Part shown: piece after piece, positions 11,480-22,441 of the stretch
Numbering within the stretch: the stretch's first letter is position 1
How the letters are laid out: the number at the start of each line of letters is the position of its first letter
From: a virus
Virus record (IMG/VR): IMGVR_UViG_3300005253_000186
Span: 1 to 64,000 of that record
Strand: one strand, 5' to 3'
Length of the DNA stretch: 64,000 bases
Notes under the pieces: generated by a model
Seen by the model: the letters and a program-made list of their open reading frames with translations, nothing else
The model's database searches: none
Told to the model about the DNA's origin: nothing
Translations under genes and position numbers: made by a program

Positions 11480-11692
11480 TCAGCCCTCCCGTTTGGATCG
11501 CTTGTTGAAGATGTGCGGAATCCTCTCTGGCTTTTGCTCAATCTGTTTCACGCGAATGAGCTCCGAGTGGCAGTCCCCTGGATGGCCATGTGCGATCCGG
11601 GACCGGGCGATCTCCTTTCCCTCGTCATCGACGATGCGCCACTGCCACAGATCATCCTTCTCATTCTGATAGACCTCGTAACTCATCGTCAT
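11480..11692 (-). CDS. YegP/DUF1508-like small protein
   Basis: YEVYQNEKDDLWQWRIVDDEGKEIARS pattern. Confidence 0.55.
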   Translation of the reverse strand: MTMSYEVYQNEKDDLWQWRIVDDEGKEIARSRIAHGHPGDCHSELIRVKQIEQKPERIPHIFNKRSKREG

Positions 11693-11693
11693 G

Positions 11694-12254
11694 TCACCCC
11701 TCCAGTAGGATGTAACCCAAGTTCGATAGCCATCTATCCGCTGCGGCCCTGGCTTCCTCTGCCGTCTCGCAGATTCCGCCCCAACAGTGATGCCCCGATC
11801 CGCAAGGAGACGGGACATTCGTCTTCCACCCCCACATATCGTGCGTTTCTTCCCCGTGCGGATGAAGGTGCCCATCCAAGGTCGGATCCACGATGGCGAG
11901 CTGCTCTTTGTCGAACAGATCGTTCCTAACATATGCCGGCGGAGATCCCATGCACTCGGTCCATGGCATCGCGATCTGACACTTCTTCAAGATCTTCATC
12001 CCGGCCTTGATCGACTTCGGATCCAGAATGTTGATCTCGACGTGATCCAAACTCCGATTGATCTTAATGCAGATCTCTCGGACCTTCTTCGGCGTTACCG
12101 ATGCGAATTCACCCGCGATCTGTTCGTAACTGCGGCCGGCCACATGCATCGCGTAGATCTCCCCTTCCAGACCACCGATGCTCAGCCTCTTGCTCTTTTT
12201 CGCGGTCTTCTTCTTGCTGGCCAACTTCTTGCCCTTCTTCTTTTTCTTGAGCAT
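11694..12254 (-). CDS. Hypothetical protein with Lys-rich N-terminus and HTH-like segment
   Basis: GRSYEQIAGEF...VREI; GGTATAAG immediately upstream (12257-12264). Confidence 0.55.
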   Translation of the reverse strand: MLKKKKKGKKLASKKKTAKKSKRLSIGGLEGEIYAMHVAGRSYEQIAGEFASVTPKKVREICIKINRSLDHVEINILDPKSIKAGMKILKKCQIAMPWTECMGSPPAYVRNDLFDKEQLAIVDPTLDGHLHPHGEETHDMWGWKTNVPSPCGSGHHCWGGICETAEEARAAADRWLSNLGYILLEG

Positions 12255-13924
12255 CTCTTATACCCCCTGAGCATCAATCCCCAGAGCGGCCAACAAGTCC
12301 TCCAGAAGGCAGCCTGGGCCGTAGTCGCAGGAAAATATCTCGACAAACTTCTCGTCCCCAGACTCGTCTTCTGCCCCGCCCCAATGCCCGGCCCTGACCT
12401 TGTCGTTGTCGATCAGGAAAAGGAATCCTTCTGGCAGATCACCAGACTGAGCCCGCTCGATGATCTCTTTCAGCTCTTCTACCGCTTCTTCGTCAACCAT
12501 CCTCTCCCTCCTTGGAATTTCTGTCCATTCTGGCCAGAAGTGCTAACCCATTCGATGCTAGATCGTTCGCCTCTTTGATGAGCCCCTCCAGGTTCTCGAT
12601 GGTATTCAAGAGCCCAGGAACTCTCATTCTGGCCATGTCGGCTATTTCTGAGTCTTCTCGGTCGCTCTCGAAGAACTCTCTGAGTTCGTCAATCTTTTCC
12701 TGTTTCATCTTGTCCCGCTCTCCATTCCTTATTCCTTCATCTCGTCGACACGCAAGTGCCTGTCAACGTCCTCTGCGGCGCTCTGTAAGTTAGCGAGTCT
12801 CTCACGAAATGCCTCACGCCGCTCTTGTTCCGAACAACCAGGATGGGCATAAAGTACAGGATCGAAATGCATTGGCCAGTATTTGGTTCGGTCGATCAAC
12901 TTATATTGCATAGGGCGATCACCGTCAGCATCAGATCCCCATTTCTCCGCGATCAGAGCATCCATTACTGCATGAAATCTGACCATATCCTCGTCTGTGA
13001 CGAGTGCGTAACCGCCGTCAGATTCCCTCCGTTCCTCCAGGAGGCTCAGGATTGCTTGACGTACTTTGTCTGGAATTTTCTTCATGCTGAGTCTCCTCGT
13101 GGTGTTTCCTCCAGTGCCACGTGTCGCACACGCGACATTTAGGCGCTGGCGCGCTCCTTGGTCTCATTGTCCCTCGTGGTATCCGATCTCCTTGAGCAGC
13201 TCCTTGTCGCTGAGGACGATGAGGGTGCAACAGATTTGTGCCGTACAAGGGGTGTCCGATTTCCTGAATCGGTGCAGCCAAGTTCCTGCAACCATCGTGG
13301 ACACAGAGCATTTGTGAGTTTCGGGCGACTCGCAATACCCACACTGCCGCCGCGCCGCCGCTCGCAGGGCATTCCTCGCGCCATTTAACATCTCCTGCCG
13401 CCCGAAGGCCTCGGTTCGTGCGCCGCCCGGGTTCATCCTTACAGAAAACAACGGCTTTTTTGGCTCCTTTTTCTCCTCAGACATTGCGCATCTCCTCCAG
13501 AAGTTTCAGTTGGCCATCTTCTCGATCTTCTCGATCTTCTCGATCCTGGCCTCCATCTTTTCCATCTGGTCTATCATGATGGACAGTCTGATTGCCAGTC
13601 CAACGACCAAGATCAAGAGCAGAACCATCCAATATATCAGTGGTACGGGTTCGTCCCTACTGGACATAGTGCATCTCCGCGTAAAAGAGAGAGAAGATCG
13701 CGTGCCGGCAGATCTTCATCTCTCTCATGTTTTATCTGTCTTGGTCTGAGCGGACCGGCACATCCACCCTTACGGTATCACATGGCTGTTCTCCCCTGGC
13801 TCGTGCCATTATAGATTCCAGTCTTGCAACTTCTAAGCCTGCGGCGAATGCCACAGCTTACCTCAGACACTTGTCTTATACCGCATTCGCGCCCTGGGAG
13901 TTGTCCCGAACGCAGAAATCTCCC

Positions 13925-14395
13925 TTAGATCACGTTAGTCTTCTCGTCATCGCCATCGCCGACCTTGATCTCGTTGATTATCTCAGTTCCATTCTCGCCT
14001 AGGCTGCCGACCTCCAGCATCTTCTGCCGGAACCAGAGGATAATGTCCTCCAACAAGTGGTAGGTGAGTGGCTTCGGGTGAATCTGGTCGATGCCTACCG
14101 CTGCGGCCTGCGTGGAGGTTTCGAAGCACGCGCTGGTCACCATCACGATAATTGCCGTAAAGCCTCTCTTGCGCAATGCATGAGCCATGCGGAGGCCGTC
14201 CATGCGCGGCATCATGTAATCCGTGATGACCAGGTCGATCTCGTGATCCAGCGCCTTTTGGGCTCCTATTGCGCCGTTCTCGGCCGTGTGGATATGGAGC
14301 TCGGGCAGGCTTGGATGCTTGTCCCGAATCGCACCGAGAATATCCACCGTCATATCGCGCAATACTTCTTCGTCGTCCACGATTAGAATATTCAT
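13925..14395 (-). CDS. Stand-alone response regulator receiver (CheY-like) domain protein
   Basis: MNILIVDDE, DLVITDYMMPRMDG (phospho-Asp), IVMVTS, HPKP. Confidence 0.85.
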   Translation of the reverse strand: MNILIVDDEEVLRDMTVDILGAIRDKHPSLPELHIHTAENGAIGAQKALDHEIDLVITDYMMPRMDGLRMAHALRKRGFTAIIVMVTSACFETSTQAAAVGIDQIHPKPLTYHLLEDIILWFRQKMLEVGSLGENGTEIINEIKVGDGDDEKTNVI

Positions 14396-14714
14396 CTCTC
14401 CTCCCTCCTCTCTTCCCATTCTTCTATGGCGATCTTGATGGGCGTCATCAGTGCAATGACAAGAACCCACAGTGGCCAGAAGATCGAGCAGCCAAGTATC
14501 TCTGCCCTGCTGGCGTCTTCTTCCGTACTGGCGAGGTAGGCGATAGCCATGACCGCGCCCAGCACATACAGCGTGATTGTCATTATCATCCAGGGCATTT
14601 CAGACTCCTTTCTCGGCTGAAGTGTAAGTAATTGGCTCTATTGATCTTATACCTGAAATACGGGTAAAAAATAGGAGGCAAAAGAAGATGTGCGTACTGC
14701 CACATCTTCTGTGA

Positions 14715-15149
14715 TTATGCCATCAGTTCGTCAATCCTCCGCGAGACGTACTCATTGATCTTTGGGACGAACATTATGTTGATCTCTTCGGTCTTTGGAA
14801 TTACCGCCTCGAACAGGGCCGGGGAAATATCCAGATACTCCTGCATGACCGGGGACTCGTACATCTCGATCACCTGGTCGACCAGAATCTCGCTCATGAT
14901 TTCGGCGCACCCGGCAGCGATCTCTGTCCCGATGGCCGCGCACATCTCCTCGGAGTACTTGGCGATCGCTTCCCTGGTGGCCTGACTGATCGCCCTGATG
15001 AGTCGATCATCCATTTTGCCGTTGAGGGTCATTTCCTGAGCGTGAAGCATTCCATGCAATCCGCCCTCGATGCCTCGCTTGATGCTGTCCATGGTCCGCG
15101 TCACCGCGAGAAGCCTCATGACCTTCTTCTCGAACATTTCCTTTTTCAT
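14715..15149 (-). CDS. Helical hypothetical protein (DUF2059-like)
   Basis: ...VIEMYESPVMQEY pattern; AAGGAG SD; GGTATAAG motif upstream. Confidence 0.5.
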   Translation of the reverse strand: MKKEMFEKKVMRLLAVTRTMDSIKRGIEGGLHGMLHAQEMTLNGKMDDRLIRAISQATREAIAKYSEEMCAAIGTEIAAGCAEIMSEILVDQVIEMYESPVMQEYLDISPALFEAVIPKTEEINIMFVPKINEYVSRRIDELMA

Positions 15150-15283
15150 GGCCTTTCTCCTTTGGTTGGAGTCTAGTATTGGTCTAACTAACTTATACCG
15201 CAATCGGATACACGTTTTAGCTGGACAATCAGGCTTACCTAAGATATATTCGCTTACACAGAAGGGGAAGAAGTGTAAATACT

Positions 15284-16480
15284 ATGGACTTGGTCCCACC
15301 AGACGACGTGTCCGGCCCGCCATCTATCATTAAAGACGGTGGCCCTGCGGTAGAGCATCCCAAAGAACCAAACTTTGTCACGCTGAAGCAGTTCGCTGAG
15401 CGTGCCAATATGAACATCTCGACGGTCAGGAACTATGTCCGGAACGGCAGGATAGAGTCGAAGCAGCACCCGCACTTCGATCATCCGTATCGTGTCATCC
15501 CCACAAGGGTGCTCCATCGCGCACAGATGACCCGTATAGGGCTCCACGTGCCTTACCATGGCCGTGAGTACCCGCACCAGTTCTATCTCTACTACTGCCT
15601 CGCATCCTATGGTAATCGGCGAGACCTCCTGACGGACGATCTCAAGCTCTACGGGTTCGAGGTCCCGCGGGAACTAGAGCTCGTGGCCATGGAGGAGGCC
15701 ATTTTCACTACGGCTCCAAAGCTCATTCGCAGGCGGCGCGACGCCGGGGTCAGATACAATACTCTCGTAGAATTCGAGGACTGGATGGAGCACCTCGGGT
15801 TCCAAGAGCTCTACGAGGATCCGATCGGGTTTCTTCCCCCTGGCCTCCTGAACTCCAAACGGATCAGGTTCCTCCTGGAAATCATGGCGTCTGCCGGCAT
15901 GAAGCCCCACGTTATGTCCGAGAACATCTTCAATATCACGGACATGCATGTTGAGCCCAGGGTAATCCGAAATTATCTGATGATGTTTTTCTACATCAGA
16001 GCCATGGAAGAGGTCGACTGGCTGGACTATCTGGCGGATGTGCGCGGAGCCAATCCGCAAGAAGCAAAGATCAGGGCTGACTGTTGCGACTCCAAGGTAG
16101 AACTATACAAGTATCTCGGACTTACGGGAGATCTCAGTTTCCGGGAGGAGGTCGAAAAGTGTTTCTGGATGGCGACAGCCCTCTACCAGGATTGGGCCAG
16201 CAGCAACGACTTTATCAAACAGGCCGCCAGCCCGACCCACGCCCGCGTGATGATGCAGGTCTTGCACGGCATGAATCAGTTGATGGAGAAAGAAGAGGAG
16301 AGGTCCAAGAAGCTGGAAGACCGGAGAAAGGCGTCCGGCGCCGGAGACCTGAAGGACAACACGAAAGAGAAGTCCGAGGAGGACAACGATCCGATATTCC
16401 GGGAGGAAGTTGAAAGCGGGAACATAAATAATAGTGGAGAGGAAGACGACGATGGGCAGGCCAGTATCCCAAGCGCTTGA
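15284..16480 (+). CDS. Putative terminase small subunit / HTH DNA-binding protein
   Basis: N-terminal HTH (VTLKQFAERANMNISTVRNYVRNGRI), acidic tail; directly upstream of and overlapping the TerL ORF. Confidence 0.5.
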   Translation: MDLVPPDDVSGPPSIIKDGGPAVEHPKEPNFVTLKQFAERANMNISTVRNYVRNGRIESKQHPHFDHPYRVIPTRVLHRAQMTRIGLHVPYHGREYPHQFYLYYCLASYGNRRDLLTDDLKLYGFEVPRELELVAMEEAIFTTAPKLIRRRRDAGVRYNTLVEFEDWMEHLGFQELYEDPIGFLPPGLLNSKRIRFLLEIMASAGMKPHVMSENIFNITDMHVEPRVIRNYLMMFFYIRAMEEVDWLDYLADVRGANPQEAKIRADCCDSKVELYKYLGLTGDLSFREEVEKCFWMATALYQDWASSNDFIKQAASPTHARVMMQVLHGMNQLMEKEEERSKKLEDRRKASGAGDLKDNTKEKSEEDNDPIFREEVESGNINNSGEEDDDGQASIPSA

Positions 16481-18152
16481 GACGTGTGCGTACCTGGACG
16501 ACAAGTCCACACGTATGGACATGAAATCTCCGGCTGATGCGAACGGCATGAAGCCGGAAGACGACGCGATGATGGCTCAGCACGCCCTGACCCATTCAGA
16601 GTGGTGCGAGAAGTACCTGGTCCTGAAGGGGAAGGCGTTCAGCCTGAAACAGAGGCCGTACTTGAGGGCCATCTACAATCGCCTGGGCGGCAGACACAAG
16701 CGCGTGATCCTCAAGGCCGGCCGCCAGGTCGAAAAGAGTACGACGCTCGCTAACAAGATCATCCTGAACAACTGCCGCCGCTCCAGCTTCGCCAGTATGT
16801 ACGTGGCGCCGCGTGGTATGCAGGCCCGGCAGTTCAGTATCGACAGAGTAAAGCCGGTAATTCGGTACTCTCCTTTCGTGGCGACATATATAGACAACAA
16901 CTGTGTCGATCAGGTATTCGACAAGACGTTTAACAACGGGTCTTCGATCTACTTCCGGTCCTGCTATCTGACCCCGGACTCCTGCCGTGGTCTGTCCGGA
17001 GACCAGCTCAACATCGACGAGATCCAGGACATTCTCCCCGAGAACATCCCGGTCATCGAAGAGTGTCTTTCTCACTCCGATTACAAGATCTTCATGTACT
17101 CGGGTACGCCAAAGACCACAGACAACACGATGGAGCACTACTGGGACTTGAGCACCCAGCGAGAGTGGCTGGTTACTTGTAGGCACATGGGATGCCGACA
17201 CGTAAACTTCCTCGACGAGGAATCTCTTGGGGACCGCACCCTGATCTGCAAGAGGTGTGGCAAGGTCATCTATCCGCAAGATGGCAAGTGGTACATTATG
17301 AAGGAGAAAGCCACCTGGGAAGGCTATCGGATTAGCCAGCTCATGGTGCCGTGGGTGAAGATTCACGACCCGACCGGCGAGGAAGAGTCGGTCAAGGATA
17401 AACAGGCTCGGTATTCATCTGCCAGGTTCCACAACGAGGTCCTGGGCCTCCCTTATGATCTTGGCCAGAAGCCGATCACGGAATCCGAGGTCATGGCGTG
17501 CTGCAACCTGAAGCATCCAGAGACCAAGAACCCAATGCCCAACTGCGTCAACCCTGAACCGTGGATGCAGCGTTATCCGTGCTTCGCTGGGATCGACTGG
17601 GGCACAGGCGTAGGCGAGCGCCCAGCGTACACTGTGCTGACCATTGGAGCCTGGTTGTTCCCTGGGAAGTTCTGCGTGTTCTACTGCAAGCGGTTCGAGG
17701 GCAAGGACGCCAACCTGGCCGTACAGCCCGAGATGATCTCGAAGATATGTTCTCGCTACAACGTGAAGCTCATTGGCTCTGACTGGGGCTTCGGTGCCAG
17801 TCAGAATGCTATCCTTCGTGAGACCTGGGGCATCGAGCGGGTCATGGAGTTCCAGTACGTGGGCGACCAGCGCCTGCCTATCAAGTTCGACAAGAACACT
17901 TTGCGCTACACGGTCAACCGCACATCGATCCTCAACGAGATGTTCAGGAAAATCCAGAGGCATGAGTACATGTTCTTTCGTTGGGAGGAGTTTAGTATCT
18001 TCGGCAGAGACATTCTGAACATCAACGTGGAGTACAACGACGCACGCCAGGTGATCCATTACACCCATGGATCGCAGAACCCGGACGACGCCGCACACTC
18101 GATGATCTACGCTGACCTTGCGGCCATGTTCTACGTTGGAAAATACAGATAG
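16434..18152 (+). CDS. terL: Phage terminase large subunit (gpA-type ATPase plus RNase H-like nuclease); true start may be a downstream ATG
   Basis: Walker A LKAGRQVEKST, Walker B IDEIQD, SGTP coupling motif, Zn ribbon (CRHMGC..CKRCG), NEVLGLPY, nuclease GIDWG and PDDAAHS. Confidence 0.9.
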   Translation: MERKTTMGRPVSQALETCAYLDDKSTRMDMKSPADANGMKPEDDAMMAQHALTHSEWCEKYLVLKGKAFSLKQRPYLRAIYNRLGGRHKRVILKAGRQVEKSTTLANKIILNNCRRSSFASMYVAPRGMQARQFSIDRVKPVIRYSPFVATYIDNNCVDQVFDKTFNNGSSIYFRSCYLTPDSCRGLSGDQLNIDEIQDILPENIPVIEECLSHSDYKIFMYSGTPKTTDNTMEHYWDLSTQREWLVTCRHMGCRHVNFLDEESLGDRTLICKRCGKVIYPQDGKWYIMKEKATWEGYRISQLMVPWVKIHDPTGEEESVKDKQARYSSARFHNEVLGLPYDLGQKPITESEVMACCNLKHPETKNPMPNCVNPEPWMQRYPCFAGIDWGTGVGERPAYTVLTIGAWLFPGKFCVFYCKRFEGKDANLAVQPEMISKICSRYNVKLIGSDWGFGASQNAILRETWGIERVMEFQYVGDQRLPIKFDKNTLRYTVNRTSILNEMFRKIQRHEYMFFRWEEFSIFGRDILNINVEYNDARQVIHYTHGSQNPDDAAHSMIYADLAAMFYVGKYR

Positions 18153-18791
18153 GAGAAGCCATGTACGTCATCGCAGGAACACCAAAGGGCTGTGGAGAAG
18201 TCAGTTCGGACGAGATGGCAAAAGTCTACAAGGGACTTCTTAAGATGGTGGAGGCGGAGCCATGGGAGGCGACGGAGTAGTATACCGATCCACTGCGAAC
18301 GTCGTGGTCGGAAATGTGAAGATTTACATCGGTGACGAGTTCAAAGTCATCGACGGGAGGTTGTGGTGTGCTACCTCGAAAAAGCCCTACGTCTTCGCGC
18401 TCGACCCGGACAAAGAGTTTCCTTACGACGACTGGAAGAAGATACTGGAGGAGATCGATGACGCACCTGGAGATAGCAAAGAAGGCGGTTGAGAAGTGTG
18501 GTGCGTGCCGAGCGGCGATCCCCCTTGTGATGTGTCCGCGTGCACCGGTGGGCCTCTACGAGAAGATAAAGTTCCACCTTGGGATCAGGCGATTTCTCTG
18601 GGGCCTGGCCCATCTTGATCTCTTCGCCACGTATGAGGCCGCTGGGATATATCACTGTGAAGCCCTGGATCTCGTCGAGCCGCTTGTTACAGGCTATCGC
18701 GGCGTTCAAGACCAGATCCCAATCTGGGAGAATGGGTACGAGGACGTGTGGTACGACCTGACAGACGAGCTGGACGACGAGGAGGGGGACG

Positions 18792-19409
18792 GTGAGGATA
18801 ACCCTGACGAGATACCAGGTAATTGAGGCCAGGAGCTTCGGCCGAGCCAGGTGCGGCGCCAAGCCTCAGGATATTCGCTTCAACGACAGCGGGTATCACG
18901 ACGAAACGGACAGGGCCTATCCACATATAGTCGGCATGGCCTCCGAGATAGCCTACTCGAGAGTCACGGGCAAGCCGTTTGATAGGACAATTAAAAAGGC
19001 CGGCGATTCGTATGACTTTCCGGGAAACATCGAGGTCAAGTCCTCGATGTTCATGGGCAAAGATGTTGAACTCAAGATCAAGATCAGGGAATACTCCAAG
19101 AAGAATCCGGTTAAGTATGTCCTGTGCAGGGTGAGCAAGGACTTGAAGACCGTTGAGATTCTGGGCGAGATAACCAGAGAACAGTTCGACAAGGTCAAGC
19201 GAAAGAAGAACTATGGACACCAAGATAATTGGGTATGCGGAATTGATGATCTGACGCCTGTCAAGATGGCCGGCACTCCTGAGGTGCGCCTGAGAGAAGC
19301 GGACTATGCATGGATGACGGCCGGCGAAGAATGGGGGGCCGGTGGACCTTTGTATGCGAAATGGAAGCAACTCTTGAGGGAGTCCAGGGCTAAAAAAGAG
19401 GGCGGCTAG
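18792..19409 (+). CDS. Hypothetical protein, possible PD-(D/E)xK nuclease
   Basis: GMASEIA...YDFPGNIEVKS pattern. Confidence 0.45.
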   Translation: MRITLTRYQVIEARSFGRARCGAKPQDIRFNDSGYHDETDRAYPHIVGMASEIAYSRVTGKPFDRTIKKAGDSYDFPGNIEVKSSMFMGKDVELKIKIREYSKKNPVKYVLCRVSKDLKTVEILGEITREQFDKVKRKKNYGHQDNWVCGIDDLTPVKMAGTPEVRLREADYAWMTAGEEWGAGGPLYAKWKQLLRESRAKKEGG

Positions 19410-19744
19410 CCCTCCTCTCCTTGCGATAGCAGACCATCGGCCTCCTTGATGGTCTCTCTCTCACAGTCGAGAATTTTCTCAACGAGCTTGCGCCGCACAT
19501 GAGGCGAGCATAGCTGTCCCTGGATTCTCTTGAGAAGACTGGCTTTGGCCGACAGGATCATCTGATTCCCGTGTTGATTGACGCAGTCCTGGATCGATCC
19601 GTTGACTAGGTCGTGAATATAGTTGTTGAGTTCGTTTTCTGGTTGGCCACGGCCACGGGCCCACTTAAGTGCCTTTACAAAAGCTTCTAAGTATTTGACT
19701 CTTTCTCGCAGTGCTTCCGTTTCCTCGTCTGCTGCCATAAGATG

Positions 19745-20149
19745 TTATCCCTCCACAAATACGCCTCCCTCAGGAAAGTTGGTGCCGATCTCTTTTTCAT
19801 ATGACGAAATCTGCTGAGATCCAGACCATTTGGTCAGAACCTTTTCTACTTTTGCGGAATTGAAATTCTTGCAGGAGAGCATCTCAAAGAAGAACCACCG
19901 CGCCTCTGGGTAGGTGTGGATCACCACGTGGCTTTCGCACAAGAGTGCGACTCCGGATATTCCTGGTCCTTTTCCAGCATCCCTGGGTGGCTCCTCTGCG
20001 ACATACGGGCCCGCCAGAAGAGACATGCCGGCCGCCTTGATGGTCTTAGTGAGCAGGCTCTTGACCTTATCCTCGTCTCCAAGCACCTCTGCATTACGGC
20101 AGCAGGCGCCTTCGATCTGGAGCTGGATCCCATATGGTTCTGCGTCCAT
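19745..20149 (-). CDS. speD: S-adenosylmethionine decarboxylase proenzyme
   Basis: GISGVALLCESHVVIHTYPE (ESH self-cleavage site), SCKNF. Confidence 0.85.
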   Translation of the reverse strand: MDAEPYGIQLQIEGACCRNAEVLGDEDKVKSLLTKTIKAAGMSLLAGPYVAEEPPRDAGKGPGISGVALLCESHVVIHTYPEARWFFFEMLSCKNFNSAKVEKVLTKWSGSQQISSYEKEIGTNFPEGGVFVEG

Positions 20150-20898
20150 AGGCTTTGCCCTCCGTCCGCTTCGACTCGATGTTATCGAATCTTTTTGGAT
20201 GAGTCAATCTTCTTCCGCTTGGTCTTCACTCCATGCCGTTTTGGTCGGCCTCGCGGACCGGTCTTCCTTTTTCTCAAGTGGTGCGGCTTGGCCATCTTGT
20301 CAACCTTTGCTTTGGCGCTGCTGGCATTTGCCATGTCTTCCAGCATCTGTCGTCGTTCCTGCTCCAGCTTCTTGGGGTCGATCCCCAGGAACTCGAAGAT
20401 CAGATCATCAATCCTTTCAATGCATGGAGTCCAGAAATCGTTCTCGCCCTCCATACGGGCGAACTCGTAGCGCCTCCCTTTTCTCTCGCCAGCGATCCAC
20501 TCCATGAAGTGCAAGAGCGCCCTGTATTCGGTGTCCTGTTCGCTCAGCCTCGTGGCCATGGGGTACTTCTTAATGTCTCTAGCTGTCGCCATCTTTCAGC
20601 TCCTTTCTGATGAATTCCTTCAGGCCTTCGAACAACTTTACATCGCCAGTTTTCACGTTTCCCTCAACGATCTTTAATCAGCTCGCTCAGCAGGCCATGC
20701 TCTTTGAGCACCTCACAACTATCGCAGATCTTGTACACAAAATTACGATGGCCTTCGGGCAGCGTGATGATGTGACCGTCACAGCCTTTGCAGTAGTAGT
20801 ACATGGAGCTCCCGGCAGGCAACGAGCTGTTGTCTATTCGCTCCTCGTTCCGGTTGGCGAGCTTCCTTCGGACAAACATGCGGCAGCATACCGCCAGA

Positions 20899-21357
20899 TC
20901 AGGCATCTCGAATCTCCTCAAGTTCAACCCTGACCTTCATCAGGATTCGGCCCAGGTGGTTGTAGCCGGGGTAGTCACACGATGACGAACCACATGTACA
21001 GTTACCCCAGAAGTTGTCGTGCCACCGGTTAGTTTCAACTATCTCGGCGTCTTCGGTAGCCAATAGCTTTCTCGTGAGGGATGAGTTTCCGGCGAACTTG
21101 GAGTGGACGATCCTGTCCATGATGCCGAGCTTGACCTGGTCCCAATCGTTCCGCAAGGTGATCTTCTTGCCGACCTTCTTGGATGCGCCTGGCGTCAGGC
21201 ATAGCTGGATCATGGTCTTCTCGTCCTTGTCATGCGTCTTGGCCGCTTGGTACGCATGCTCAGAGGTTTCCCACGTGACGCCGTCGTATTTGACCCGGTG
21301 GCCCGAGAAATTGGACAGGAAGTTGTACTTTCCCCTGAAGTTCTCAATGGTATCCAT
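20899..21357 (-). CDS. NADAR (YbiA-like) family protein
   Basis: FLSNF, SEHAYQAAK, DWDQVK, KF, LLATEDAEIVE..W.D.FWG, NHLGRILMKVR. Confidence 0.9.
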   Translation of the reverse strand: MDTIENFRGKYNFLSNFSGHRVKYDGVTWETSEHAYQAAKTHDKDEKTMIQLCLTPGASKKVGKKITLRNDWDQVKLGIMDRIVHSKFAGNSSLTRKLLATEDAEIVETNRWHDNFWGNCTCGSSSCDYPGYNHLGRILMKVRVELEEIRDA

Positions 21358-21775
21358 CTTTCTATCCCTCAGATCGTGTAGGCGGTTGAATAGAACTCCG
21401 TGGGCTTCTTGGTCTTGACTCTGATCACGTCGAAGAGCTTGCTCATGATGTTGAGCTCTGGAAGGAGATTGCTCATTTCTTCGCTGTAATAGATCTGACG
21501 TGTGATGATGATGCCTTCTTTCTCGTTTCCGTAATACTCGTCGGAATCACACGCCCAGCAGTAGTTGAAGACGACTTCTTCAATCAAGATTTGCCCTTGA
21601 CAGCGTTCGGGAAGGGGGCCGCCCTTGGTATTGAAGGTTATTATCCCTTCCATCTCGCCAGGTGTGACGATGATACCAGAGGCCTTCAATTCATCTTTTA
21701 CCCTAGAAATCCAGTCCTTGGCGTACTCCTCGTCGCACTGGATCTCGATGTTGAAACAGGGCCCTATGCCCATTA

Positions 21776-22441
21776 TCATACCCTCCTTAGGTTCAGCGTC
21801 GGTCTCGAATCGTACCCCTCGATCTTCAGCTCAAGATTGGAAATTTCCTTTCCCGACAAGAACATAGAGATGACCCTCGTGGCCTCGGCAGGGCGGCCAT
21901 TAAACAAGAAACTCATGCTGACCCTGGTCTTCTCGGGTTCCATCTCGGAGGCATCGTCATTATCATCCTTCTTTGCCATCGGAAACTCCTTGTCAATCGA
22001 TCTCTTCGCGCCATCCAGAGAGTCCCATGCGCGGACATTTTTGCGCGTCTTTGTCCTGAGAGAGGTCCAGTTATCCTTCTTCCCGCCGACGTTCTCCTTG
22101 GCGTAGAATTTCTTTACCTTCGCCGCTCCGCATCGCTGAATGATGAAGCGATCATCGGATCGTATCCAGGTTAGTTTTAGAAAAGCATCTTCTTTCCAGT
22201 GGTCTTCCTGTCCCATCGGAAACTCCTTGTCGATTGCCTTCATGGCGTTGTGATGGGTCATCCATCTCCGCCGGACGCCAGGCTGCCCTTTCACGTCTAG
22301 GCTTGCCATCGGAGTATTTCCCTTAATTCTCCTCCTGGCTTTAGCCACCTTTAGGTCGCCACCCGTGTCTACCCATTCGACGAAGAATTCTTTATCCTTC
22401 CTTATCCATCCGCCGATGATCGGTTTCCAGTCAGCCTTCAT
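21776..22441 (-). CDS. Hypothetical protein with internal duplication (..R.W......K.IDKEFPM x2)
   Basis: AMKAIDKEFPM and AKRSIDKEFPM; related segment in ORF 29564-29890 (ARKKIDALYPL). Confidence 0.6.
   Translation of the reverse strand: MKADWKPIIGGWIRKDKEFFVEWVDTGGDLKVAKARRRIKGNTPMASLDVKGQPGVRRRWMTHHNAMKAIDKEFPMGQEDHWKEDAFLKLTWIRSDDRFIIQRCGAAKVKKFYAKENVGGKKDNWTSLRTKTRKNVRAWDSLDGAKRSIDKEFPMAKKDDNDDASEMEPEKTRVSMSFLFNGRPAEATRVISMFLSGKEISNLELKIEGYDSRPTLNLRRV

Noticed and set aside
10336-11508. 390-aa plus-strand ORF
   Set aside because: Antisense shadow of the MBL hydrolase and its neighbour; no motifs. The same applies to most plus-strand ORFs opposite minus-strand genes.
13516-13545. 9-nt tandem repeat ATCTTCTCG x3
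   Set aside because: In-frame coding repeat (IEK) in a small minus-strand ORF; no wider structure.
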